DNA of 64,000 nucleotides from contig NZ_JAVZIN010000004.1 in the NCBI RefSeq assembly GCF_038871235.1, positions 20,030 through 84,029 on the forward strand, written 5' to 3'. This document shows positions 1 to 8,527 of the stretch, piece after piece (the first letter of the stretch is position 1; every line of letters begins with the position of its first letter). Origin of the DNA: Candidatus Hadarchaeum sp. (lineage in GTDB: Archaea; Hadarchaeota; Hadarchaeia; Hadarchaeales; Hadarchaeaceae). A model generated the notes under the pieces. That model searched no databases. It saw only the letters and a list, made by a program, of their open reading frames with translations, and had not been told where the DNA came from. The position numbers were made by a program, and so were the translations under genes.

Positions 1-361
1 AGCCAAGTTTATAGCCACTAACCTAGATCGCGTTTACCCTACAGAGCATGGATTTTTACCCGGAGCGGGAGCGATTGTTGCCGCTTTGGAAAGAAGCTCT
101 GGAAGAAGGCCGGACGTGGTAATTGGCAAGCCGTCGCCACATATGATTTTGTACGTTTTAAGGAGTCTCAGGACCAAGCCCGGTGAAACCGTCATTATCG
201 GCGACCAGATTGAAACCGACATCAAAGCAGGTAAGAGGACGGGCCTGTTCACGATATTGGTGCTCTCCGGCGTTGCCACTGAAGAGGACGTCAGAAAAAT
301 AAAAGGAACCAAAAACGCTCCGGATTGTGTTTTGGGCAGTTTGGCGGAGGTAGTTCGGTGA
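1..361 (+). CDS. HAD-superfamily hydrolase, C-terminal fragment (gene begins upstream of window)
   Basis: Frame open from nt 2 to stop at 359-361; translation ...VIGKPSPHMILYVL...GDQIETDIKAGKRTG... resembles the C-terminal HAD motifs of NagD/phosphoglycolate-phosphatase-type enzymes. Confidence 0.6.
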   Translation, partial: AKFIATNLDRVYPTEHGFLPGAGAIVAALERSSGRRPDVVIGKPSPHMILYVLRSLRTKPGETVIIGDQIETDIKAGKRTGLFTILVLSGVATEEDVRKIKGTKNAPDCVLGSLAEVVR

Positions 362-378
362 GTTCAGTGGGAAGTTCG

Positions 379-3300
379 ATGGAGGATTACTTCAAGGAGC
401 TGGAGCGAAAGACGGAGGAGCTATATAAAATAGCCAGCGAGGCTAGAGCCCAGGGAAAAGACCCCGAACTGGAGCCGGAGATACCTCGGGCGGGTGATTT
501 GGCCAGCAGGGTGGAAAAGCTGGTCGGTCCGGAAGGAGTTGCTGAGGTAATCAGACAGTTGGAGAAGCAGATGCCTCGGGAAGAGGTCGCGCTTAAGATC
601 GCCGAGATGATAGTCGATGGAAAGTTTGGCAAGTTTGACGAGCAGACGGTGGCCAAGCAAGCCGTTAGGACAGCGTTGGCAGTTTTAACTGAGGGGGTTG
701 TCGTGGCCCCGATAGAGGGAATAACAGATGTAAAGATAAAGAACAATTTTGATGGAACACAGTATCTGGCGCTTTATTTTGCCAGCCCGATAAGGGCCGC
801 CGGTGGCACCGCAGCAGCCCTTGCTGTTCTTGCTGGTGACTTCGTCCGCCGTCGACTTTACCTCAGCCCCTATAAGGCGACGGATCGCGAGATAGAGAGA
901 TTTGTCGAGGAAGTTGAAATTTATCGAACTTCAGTTGGCCGTGAGCAGTACACACCGCCGCCAGAGGACATAAGACTGGCCATGCAGAACATACCTGTTG
1001 AAATAACAGGTGATCCATCAGGTAAAGAAGCCGCCGTGATGGCGTTTCGAGATGTCGAAAGGGTTGAACACAACTGGGTTAGGGGCGGAGCCGTGCTGGC
1101 CATGGTGGAGGGAGTCCTGCAAAAAGCCCCCAAGATAATGAAATATGTTAATAAATTGAATATTGATGGTTGGTCTTGGCTTCAGGATATTATCGCCAAG
1201 GCTCCGAGGAAGGAGGAAACTGGACAGGCTTTTCCAAAAGGGGATAAATATCTTGAAGAGGTAATTGCAGGAAGGCCGGTTTTTTCGCATCCAGGAACTG
1301 AGGGACACAAGGGCCGTGAAGGTGGCTTCAGGCTTCGTTATGGCCGGGCAAGGAACACTGGGATTGCCGCCGTTGGTATTCATCCTGCCACCATGGCTAT
1401 CTGTGATGATTTTCTAGTTACCGGAACGCAGCTAAAGACGGAAAGACCGGGCAAAGGCGGAGCGGTTACTCCAGTGGACAGTATCAAGGGTCCCACAGTC
1501 AAACTCAAGGACGGATCAGTGGTCCAGATAAAAACACTGGAGCAGGCGCTGGAGCTGCGGCATCAGATCGAGGAGATACTGTTTTTGGGAGATATACTGA
1601 TCGGCTATGGAGAATTTCTGGAGAACAATCATCCACTGATGCCTGCTGGTTACTGTGAGGAGTGGTGGGCTCAGGAAGTTGAGCGAGCGTTGCAGAGCAA
1701 GAGCTTCGACCAAGCTTTAACCCCATATCTTTCTAGGCCGTACCCCAGCCCACCAGCAGCTCTAGCCATTAAGATCTCGGAAGACTTGGGAGTCCCGCTT
1801 CATCCTGCTTATACCTATTCTTACTCGGAACTGAGCGTAGAGGAACTTCAGGAGCTCTGTACTTGGCTGCTTCGCGGTGAGCCAACCTTTGTAGATGGTG
1901 AGCTTAAGCGATTGTGCTTACCTATGGATCTGGTTCCAAAGAGGGTTTTGGAAGAGATCGGAGTTCCGCACAAAGTTATCGATAATCAAGTGGTCATAGA
2001 AGATCACGCCCTACCGCTCTGTAGGTCTTTGGGAATTTTAGAGGGACAGCGTCTGAGTAAGGATAAATTTGATAGGACGCTTCGGGAGAGCCGGTTCAAA
2101 AGCATTATGGAGATAATTTGTGCTTTGGCTGGTTTTACCATCAGGGAGGAGGGTCCGACACGTATTGGAGCTCGGATGGGCAGGCCCGAAAAAGCAGATC
2201 CAAGGCGGATGAGTCCACCGGTTCACATGCTTTTCCCCGTAAGTCTTCGCGGCGGCATGACACGGAACTTGATAAAGGCCGCGCAGAAAGAGGGCGAAAC
2301 CTCCGTTGAGCTAGCAACTTTAAGGTGTACCAACTGCGGCGAGATCGGTTTCACTAGGAAGTGTCAGAAATGCGGCGGCTTTGCCGAATACGTGAAAAGC
2401 TGTTCCAAATGCAGACGCGTGGTACAGGGCGATGTTTGTCCGACCTGTAAGACCCGCGCCGAGTACTTCATCAAACAAACAATTGACCTTAAGTCGATGC
2501 TGGATTCCGCTGCACAAAAGCTGGGTGAGGAGCTTCCGGAACTAGTCAAAGGAGTGATAGGTATGACGAGTGATTTCAAGATTCCAGAGCCGATAGAAAA
2601 GGGCATTCTTCGCGCCAAGCATGGCGTTGAGGTCTTCAAAGATGGTACCATAAGATTTGATGCCACTGATGTGCCGCTCACCCATTTCATGCCGCGCGAG
2701 ATTGGCACACCGGTGGAACGTCTGCGGGAACTTGGCTACACAGTGGATAAAGATGGAAACCCGCTGGAGCGTGATGATCAACTTGTGGAGTTGAAGGTTC
2801 AGGATATCCTCTTGTCGAAGGATGGGGCCGATTATCTGTTTCGGGCTTCAAAATTCATTGACGATCTTTTACAGAAGTTTTACGGTTTGAGACCTTACTA
2901 TAATGCCAATCAACCATCGGACTTAGTTGGTCATCTAGTGATAGGCCTAGCCCCGCACACATCGGTGGGTGTCGTCGGTCGGATAATCGGTTTTACTGAG
3001 GCCACGGTGGGGTATGCGCACCCATACTTTCATGCTGCCAAACGAAGAGACTGTGATGGCGACGAGGACTGCGTGATGTTGTTGCTCGACGCGCTACTCA
3101 ACTTCAGCAAGCGGTTCTTACCATCCAAGCGGGGTGGGACGATGGACGCACCGCTTATTCTCAGCACTCGCATTGATCCAACCGAAATTGACAAGGAGGC
3201 CCATAATATGGACGTGATGGCTAGGTACCCGCTGGAGTTCTATGAGGCCACGTTGCGTTATGCCAGTCCGGTGGAAGTCGCAAAGATGATGGAAACCGTT

Positions 3301-3804
3301 GAGCGCAGGCTTGGCACAGAATCTCAGTACACTGGATTGAACTTTTCCTTTGATACCAACAATATAGTCGCTGGGGCCCGCTCGAGCAGGTATAAGACTT
3401 TGGAGACAATGGAAGAAAAGACCGATTATCAGCTAAACCTTGCCAGAAAGATCAGGGCAGTTGACGTCCAGGATGTGGCAGAGAGGCTTATCGAGCATCA
3501 CTTTATCCCGGATCTAAAGGGCAACATAAGGACCTTTGCCAGTCAAAAATTCAGGTGTATAAACTGCAATCAGATTCATCGCAGAGTCCCTCTCAGCGGA
3601 GTCTGTGTGAAGTGTGGTGGAAAGCTGGTCCTGACTGTGACTCGAGGTGGCGTGGAAAAATATATGCAGATTGCGATGAGGATTGCCGAGGATTATGGGG
3701 TTTCTGAGTACACCAAACAGCGTCTGGAGCTGACACGGCGTGATATTAGGTCTACTTTTGAAAGCGATGCGAGGAAGCAGATGAGTTTAGCTGATTTTAT
3801 GTAA
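379..3804 (+). CDS. polC: DNA polymerase II large subunit (PolD, DP2)
   Basis: 1142-aa ORF; N-terminus MEDYFKELERKTEELYKIA typical of DP2; multiple CxxC zinc clusters (CTNCGEIGFTRKCQKCG, CSKCRR..CPTC, CINCNQ...CVKCG). I set the start at ATG 379 rather than the track's 325 to avoid overlap with the upstream HAD gene. Confidence 0.9.
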   Translation: MEDYFKELERKTEELYKIASEARAQGKDPELEPEIPRAGDLASRVEKLVGPEGVAEVIRQLEKQMPREEVALKIAEMIVDGKFGKFDEQTVAKQAVRTALAVLTEGVVVAPIEGITDVKIKNNFDGTQYLALYFASPIRAAGGTAAALAVLAGDFVRRRLYLSPYKATDREIERFVEEVEIYRTSVGREQYTPPPEDIRLAMQNIPVEITGDPSGKEAAVMAFRDVERVEHNWVRGGAVLAMVEGVLQKAPKIMKYVNKLNIDGWSWLQDIIAKAPRKEETGQAFPKGDKYLEEVIAGRPVFSHPGTEGHKGREGGFRLRYGRARNTGIAAVGIHPATMAICDDFLVTGTQLKTERPGKGGAVTPVDSIKGPTVKLKDGSVVQIKTLEQALELRHQIEEILFLGDILIGYGEFLENNHPLMPAGYCEEWWAQEVERALQSKSFDQALTPYLSRPYPSPPAALAIKISEDLGVPLHPAYTYSYSELSVEELQELCTWLLRGEPTFVDGELKRLCLPMDLVPKRVLEEIGVPHKVIDNQVVIEDHALPLCRSLGILEGQRLSKDKFDRTLRESRFKSIMEIICALAGFTIREEGPTRIGARMGRPEKADPRRMSPPVHMLFPVSLRGGMTRNLIKAAQKEGETSVELATLRCTNCGEIGFTRKCQKCGGFAEYVKSCSKCRRVVQGDVCPTCKTRAEYFIKQTIDLKSMLDSAAQKLGEELPELVKGVIGMTSDFKIPEPIEKGILRAKHGVEVFKDGTIRFDATDVPLTHFMPREIGTPVERLRELGYTVDKDGNPLERDDQLVELKVQDILLSKDGADYLFRASKFIDDLLQKFYGLRPYYNANQPSDLVGHLVIGLAPHTSVGVVGRIIGFTEATVGYAHPYFHAAKRRDCDGDEDCVMLLLDALLNFSKRFLPSKRGGTMDAPLILSTRIDPTEIDKEAHNMDVMARYPLEFYEATLRYASPVEVAKMMETVERRLGTESQYTGLNFSFDTNNIVAGARSSRYKTLETMEEKTDYQLNLARKIRAVDVQDVAERLIEHHFIPDLKGNIRTFASQKFRCINCNQIHRRVPLSGVCVKCGGKLVLTVTRGGVEKYMQIAMRIAEDYGVSEYTKQRLELTRRDIRSTFESDARKQMSLADFM

Positions 3805-3854
3805 ATTAGGCTTCGCGAAAACATTTTACCCGATGAAGTGAAAAGCTCGTTTGT

Positions 3855-3953
3855 GCCGGGGTAGCCAAGCCAGGTAAGGCGCCAGTCATAAGGGGCGAAA
3901 CTCGAGATCTGGTTCTCCTTCGGAGAGCGGGGGTTCAAATCCCCTCCCCGGCG
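3855..3953 (+). tRNA. Intron-containing type II tRNA, most consistent with tRNA-Ser(CGA)
   Basis: Acceptor GCCGGGG/CCCCGGC, T-arm GGGGG-TTCAAAT-CCCCT, long variable hairpin TCTCC-TTC-GGAGA, discriminator G73. Removing 14 nt (3887-3900, cataaggggcgaaa) gives anticodon loop C-U-CGA-G-A. TATA-like box near 3818-3830. Confidence 0.6.
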
Positions 3954-4021
3954 CCTATTTTCAGCCACAAGCGCAGATTTTTCGAAATTTCTACTATTAT
4001 CCAGTTCAGAAACCATGCAGA

Positions 4022-4624
4022 TTAAGGTGACAGTAGTTGACGCTCCGTTACCTCGCCGCCAGGTTTTTTCTCGCAGAAAACCTGAGCCGAGAACCTGCTT
4101 ACACGAACGCCTCGTTCTAGCCAGCAATCGGGCATCAAACCTGCCTTGATACAGGTATTGGAGAGAAATTCTTCAGCATCCCAGCCGTACTCGACAGCGA
4201 CTTGGGGCAGCAGCAAACCTGCACACCCCATTCCTTCCACTATCAAGCCATCCCTTCCGATTTTTATTAGTTTAGGATATTCCTTAGGGTGTTCAGCTTT
4301 CAAAGTTTCCGGTTTTGTCAGAACACTAACTTCGATCCCTATATGTTGGAGTTCTTTAGGACTTACAGGGGGGAAACGGGGATCACGGGTGGCAGCGCTT
4401 ATCGCCGAGTCGATTAAAGCATCGATCAAGGGCAGGTTCGGCATCGGGTGTCCGATGCACCCTCTCAATTCACCATTTTTGGTGAGTGTGACAAAAACCC
4501 CGCCTGGCTCCAGAAGCTTAGTAGGTACTTTTGGTCTGGGGAGGATCTTACCACTGTAGAGATAGGTCTCTATTGTTCGCCGGGCAATCTTTACCAGCAG
4601 GGTACCTTCATCGAGAGTTAACAT
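4022..4624 (-). CDS. AMMECR1 domain protein
   Basis: 200 aa; ...LRGCIGHP... motif characteristic of the AMMECR1 family; length typical. Confidence 0.75.
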   Translation of the reverse strand: MLTLDEGTLLVKIARRTIETYLYSGKILPRPKVPTKLLEPGGVFVTLTKNGELRGCIGHPMPNLPLIDALIDSAISAATRDPRFPPVSPKELQHIGIEVSVLTKPETLKAEHPKEYPKLIKIGRDGLIVEGMGCAGLLLPQVAVEYGWDAEEFLSNTCIKAGLMPDCWLERGVRVSRFSAQVFCEKKPGGEVTERQLLSP

Positions 4625-4628
4625 AGTA

Positions 4629-5147
4629 TCACTTCATCATATTTTCATATTGATTCATCGTTTCAATTATGTTTTTCCAGTGCTTACCTTTCCAATATAT
4701 TTTGCGGCAATCAGTGCAGCGCCAGAAGCTATCGTTAGCAATTAAGACTTTTTCAGGGACCACGTTGTTTATTGCGTTTTTTTCCACAGAAGTTAGGGGG
4801 CCGTTGCAGATCGGACATCTAGAGTTCTCCGGGACAATTTCGATTCTTTTGCCAAGACGTCTTGAAATCTCAACCAATTGTTTGGCAATTTCAGTTTCTC
4901 TAATTAAGATGCTTTTCAATCCGGATTTGGTGGCGCGTTTATGCAGTACCACATCAGCTGTGAGTAGAACTCCCTTTTCCTTTGAGGCTATTTCCAGCAT
5001 CTCTTCGTCCTGCTTTTCAGAGGGCAGATTTAGTTTACCAATGTAGATGACGTCGTGGCCAGCCAAGCGCAGCCACCGCGCCAGTTTTCCCAGCATTCCG
5101 TCAGCTACAAACCTCATGTTCGATTTTAACTGATTGATTAATAGCAA
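4629..5147 (-). CDS. Mut7-C RNase domain protein (PF01927-like)
   Basis: N-terminal MRFVADGMLGKLARWLRLAGHDV and C-terminal CPICNG...CTDCRKIYWKGKHW zinc ribbon, as in Mut7-C/DUF82 predicted RNases; the start may be the internal MRF (5117). Confidence 0.6.
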   Translation of the reverse strand: MLLINQLKSNMRFVADGMLGKLARWLRLAGHDVIYIGKLNLPSEKQDEEMLEIASKEKGVLLTADVVLHKRATKSGLKSILIRETEIAKQLVEISRRLGKRIEIVPENSRCPICNGPLTSVEKNAINNVVPEKVLIANDSFWRCTDCRKIYWKGKHWKNIIETMNQYENMMK

Positions 5148-5197
5148 AAATAGTTGTCCTGTTTTCTCAAGCTTAAAAAGTAAGGTGAGAACTTAAG

Positions 5198-5572
5198 ATG
5201 GGTGTTGGAGTGCGTCAGCGAGTACAAGTGAAATGTCCCATCTGCGGCAAGATGTTTGATTTAGACTTAGATGTCAGTACTTATGTTACGGTCGAGACGG
5301 CACCTGTTCAACCAAAGAAGCAGGTGTCGCTGATACTTCGGGGAAATGAAGCCAAGGTTGATTTTGTCCTCCGCGCTATGCGGGCCTTAGCGAGCAAGGA
5401 GCCCAGCGGAATGGTCGAAGTTGAGGAAATAGTTGACCTCGCTGAGAAAGTTGGCTTGGAGAGAGAGGAGGTTAACGAAATAATCGCCGCTGAGAAAAGG
5501 GCTGGTCACGTCTATGAGCCTAAACAGGGCGTGGTGTGTTTCACGATCCCGCCTGAGCGCTCAAGAGGGTAA
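5198..5572 (+). CDS. Hypothetical protein with N-terminal CPICG zinc-ribbon-like motif
   Basis: 124-aa ORF divergent from the Mut7-C gene; no family recognised by eye. Confidence 0.4.
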   Translation: MGVGVRQRVQVKCPICGKMFDLDLDVSTYVTVETAPVQPKKQVSLILRGNEAKVDFVLRAMRALASKEPSGMVEVEEIVDLAEKVGLEREEVNEIIAAEKRAGHVYEPKQGVVCFTIPPERSRG

Positions 5573-5580
5573 AAGACAAA

Positions 5581-5691
5581 TTAACGATTTATCTCCAGCT
5601 CCTTATGAATTTCTTTGGTTTCCCTGATTTCGGCTTTCTTGCGGCCCTTGCGTTCTTTCTTTCGGCGCTTAAAACGTCGCAACCGAAACAC
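5581..5691 (-). CDS. Candidate small, highly basic protein (36 aa, GTG start); absent from the ORF track
   Basis: Minus-strand frame (M/V)FRLRRFKRRKKERKGRKKAEIRETKEIHKELEINR*; TATA-like box (fwd 5711-5722 aattataaaaag, minus-strand ctttttataatt) about 25 nt upstream, consistent with a leaderless transcript. Confidence 0.3.
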   Translation of the reverse strand: MFRLRRFKRRKKERKGRKKAEIRETKEIHKELEINR

Positions 5692-5756
5692 CAGTTTATT
5701 TTTTTCCTGAAATTATAAAAAGTGCCGCTTCAATTGGGGATGGAACCAATCTTTTT

Positions 5757-5766
5757 CTCTTATAAA
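5757..5766 (+). promoter_or_regulatory. TATA-like box about 26 nt upstream of the GTG start of the geranylgeranyl reductase gene (leaderless arrangement)
   Basis: tcttataaac followed 22-26 nt later by GTG 5788. Confidence 0.35.
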
Positions 5767-5787
5767 CAGCCGTAACCAAAATTAATT

Positions 5788-6996
5788 GTGGTGTTAATGC
5801 CAGAGAGATGGGATGTCATCGTTGTCGGGGGTGGAACCGCCGGCTTGTCTGCGGCCAAATCTGCTTCGTCTGAAGGTGGCAAGGTTCTCCTGCTTGAAAT
5901 GAGCGCCCGGATCGGGACCACTGCTCAGCTCGGTAGCTTGGTTTCATCGGATTTCAAATCTTTAGGTAAAAAACCGGTTGTTCAGCGTTTGAGGAAAATT
6001 GAACTATATGCGCCGCATGGAGAGCTGTCGGTAAATTACGATCGGGCGGTAGTAGTCGACCAAAGACGGCTTGATGAACATTTGGCAGCAGACGTTGCTG
6101 AACATGGGGGTGAAATTTGGCTGAATGCCCCGGTAAGGGATCTTTTGGTGAAGGATGGGGTCGTGGTGGGTGTTCGCATTGAGGCAGGCGGCTGGTCCGA
6201 GAATATTGAAGGTGAGGTGATTATTGACGCAACGGGCGCCCGGGGGGAAATGTCAAGCTTGTTTTTGAGGCATGTGGTCAAGAGGTATTGGAATCAGGAT
6301 TTTTTGGCTTTTAGTAACGAGTACCTAATGGCCAATGTTAAAGATGGAAAAAATGTGGAGATATTTTTTGATGCCTATTCAGCGCCAGGTGGCCATGCTT
6401 GGATATATCCGCTTTCTAGTGGATTTGCCGCAGCGGGCGTAATCGGCCTGAGAATACACCCGGATGCGGCGCTTGACGAGTTTTTGGGTAGAAGAAAGAT
6501 AAAAAAGCTTGCCCACGCGTTGCCGATAGCGTCCTCAAGAGGGCAGCTGCCGTTGGAAGGTCCACTTTGCCAGACCCACTCCGACGGAATACTCGCTGTA
6601 GGAGGTGCGGCGGGGCAAATTTATCCTCTTTCAGGGCAGGGGCTACTCTATTCCTTAAAGTGCGGGGAAATCGCCGGGAGGGTTGCCGTTGACGCCGTTA
6701 CTGAGGGTGACGTTTCTAAGAATCGGCTTTTAGAGTACGATCGAACTTGGAGGGCCGATTTTGGCAAGGACTTTGAAGTGGGAAGTATTTTTCGTTCTTC
6801 ACTAAGCGTTTCCCAGGATCGAAAGATGGATGCCATTATTTCATTACTTGACGGTAAACCAAGTCTACAGCGCGCCTTTGTAGATGTACTTTTTGGTTTC
6901 AACTTGAGGGCTTCGATGCCCAAGTTACTCGGGGATGAAGATATTTTGAAAATTCTCGGCAGAGAAATAACCGCCAAGCTGATTGGTTGGAGGTAA
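5788..6996 (+). CDS. Geranylgeranyl reductase family FAD-dependent oxidoreductase (digeranylgeranylglycerophospholipid reductase-like)
   Basis: N-terminal WDVIVVGGGTAGLSAAKSA dinucleotide-binding motif, about 400 aa, GGR-like middle region; alternative ATG start at 5797. Confidence 0.75.
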   Translation: MVLMPERWDVIVVGGGTAGLSAAKSASSEGGKVLLLEMSARIGTTAQLGSLVSSDFKSLGKKPVVQRLRKIELYAPHGELSVNYDRAVVVDQRRLDEHLAADVAEHGGEIWLNAPVRDLLVKDGVVVGVRIEAGGWSENIEGEVIIDATGARGEMSSLFLRHVVKRYWNQDFLAFSNEYLMANVKDGKNVEIFFDAYSAPGGHAWIYPLSSGFAAAGVIGLRIHPDAALDEFLGRRKIKKLAHALPIASSRGQLPLEGPLCQTHSDGILAVGGAAGQIYPLSGQGLLYSLKCGEIAGRVAVDAVTEGDVSKNRLLEYDRTWRADFGKDFEVGSIFRSSLSVSQDRKMDAIISLLDGKPSLQRAFVDVLFGFNLRASMPKLLGDEDILKILGREITAKLIGWR

Positions 6997-7000
6997 TTTG

Positions 7001-7891
7001 ATGAACTGTCCGCTGTGCAGCAGTTCTGCGGTTCTCTACGACGATGTCAGGGGCGAGCAGATTTGTACCCGCTGCGGTTTTGTGATTCAGGAGCGCCTTT
7101 ACGTCGCAGGACCCGAGAAAAGAATGGGGCTCGGGGAGAACAAGGAACGCGCGGATCTGTCGTCGGGTTTTGACCTGACTCAGCATGATTATGGGCTTGG
7201 CTCCAGGTTTAACGTTTCTCAGGGTTTACCCCCATCTGAACGGGCCCGGCTGCGAAGGATGCAAGTTCTTCACCAAAGAGCGCGCGTCTTGGATTGGGAG
7301 GACAGGAGCCTTCGTGAGGTTCTGATTGACCTCGACAAGATCTGCGAGGACCTCTCCCTGTCAAAAGGAATCAAGATTGAGATCAGCACTTATTATCGAA
7401 AGGCGAGGGCAAAAAAGCTGACGTCCGGGAGAAGCGCTCAGCAGGTTCTGGCAGCACTCATTCTGGCCGCATGTAGGTTGAGGGGCATACCGAGGACCGA
7501 CCATGAGATTTCAAACGCAGTGGCCGATCGTTTTGGGTTGAATAGGTCCGCAGTTCTGAAAGGTGTTCATAGGTATGTTAAATTATTCTCAAAGGAACTC
7601 GGGCTAAGGCTGCCCCGCGTTTCTGCCGAAAGTTTCATCGATAGATTTGCACCTCAATTGGGACTATCTAGAAAGGCTACCGTAAAGTCTCACGAGATCA
7701 TAGGAATTTTACCCAAGAGATTTGTCCAAGGCAAGCCGCCGCTTTTTCTCGCCGCAATCGCTATCTACAGCGGAGCCAACACCGTGGGCGAAAAGATTAC
7801 TCTGAAGAAACTAGCGGCGACATTGGGAGTTGGCGTTTCCAGCCTTTCCAACAGTGCCTCAAGGGTAAAAAATATTATTTCCTCGGTATGA
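7001..7891 (+). CDS. tfb: Transcription initiation factor IIB (TFB)
   Basis: N-terminal zinc ribbon MNCPLCSS...CTRCGFV followed by two cyclin-like repeats; GGAGGT ribosome-binding site at 6989-6994 before ATG 7001. Confidence 0.9.
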   Translation: MNCPLCSSSAVLYDDVRGEQICTRCGFVIQERLYVAGPEKRMGLGENKERADLSSGFDLTQHDYGLGSRFNVSQGLPPSERARLRRMQVLHQRARVLDWEDRSLREVLIDLDKICEDLSLSKGIKIEISTYYRKARAKKLTSGRSAQQVLAALILAACRLRGIPRTDHEISNAVADRFGLNRSAVLKGVHRYVKLFSKELGLRLPRVSAESFIDRFAPQLGLSRKATVKSHEIIGILPKRFVQGKPPLFLAAIAIYSGANTVGEKITLKKLAATLGVGVSSLSNSASRVKNIISSV

Positions 7892-8417
7892 TAATGATGC
7901 CTTCGTTTGGTGTCCCGATTTTTTCAGTTCTTTTTTCGAGGTAAAGAGATGCAGTCAGGGCGGCCAGAGCGGCATCGATTTCATGGCGGCTGGTTTCCCC
8001 TTTGAACTCGTAACCCCGACGCTTCAGCTCTTCCACCCACTTCTTTCTATCATCAGTTCCAAAGATGATCAAACCTGATGTCCTTGGATGAACTTCTATG
8101 ACGTCAATTTTGGCGTTTTTAATTTTGCTAGCCAGTTTCGTACCTCGTATCGTCAGCGATTTCATTCCGCCGAATTTTGGAGGAAAAACCCGAAAGCCAC
8201 TTTTGATTAGGGCTAGATCGGCTACTCTGAGGTTCCCTCGTTTGGGAAAGCTGAGGGGGGCATCTATCGCCACGACCAAGGGCTTGGCGGCAGCACAGTG
8301 TTCTAAAATTTGCTCATCGGTGTGCAGTGTTTGAGTTATAAATTTTTTATCAACCAAAATGGCAAAGCCGCTTGGGTTGGTCTCGAGCCCTGCCAGATCG
8401 ATCCCGATGACTTTCAC
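7875..8417 (-). CDS. RNase H-fold nuclease-like protein (DUF429/COG2410-like)
   Basis: MKVIGIDLAG..NPSGFAIL...AIDAPL pattern typical of DUF429 predicted nucleases; its 3' end overlaps the tfb 3' end by 17 nt (convergent). Confidence 0.5.
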   Translation of the reverse strand: MKVIGIDLAGLETNPSGFAILVDKKFITQTLHTDEQILEHCAAAKPLVVAIDAPLSFPKRGNLRVADLALIKSGFRVFPPKFGGMKSLTIRGTKLASKIKNAKIDVIEVHPRTSGLIIFGTDDRKKWVEELKRRGYEFKGETSRHEIDAALAALTASLYLEKRTEKIGTPNEGIIIIPRK

Positions 8418-8527
8418 AATTACAATTATTCTTTATCTTAACTTTAGGTTATCAACTTAGGCGCATTTGGCTTCAGGCATAGTTTCATTAATTTGGTGAA
8501 TGGTGGTTGGGTTTTTGAGTTCGATTT

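Noticed and set aside
3901-3912. Adjacent XhoI (CTCGAG) and BglII (AGATCT) sites, ctcgagatct, inside the first tRNA, reminiscent of a cloning scar
   Set aside because: The segment is part of the predicted anticodon loop and stem of an otherwise natural-looking tRNA, and nothing else nearby suggests vector sequence; most likely coincidence
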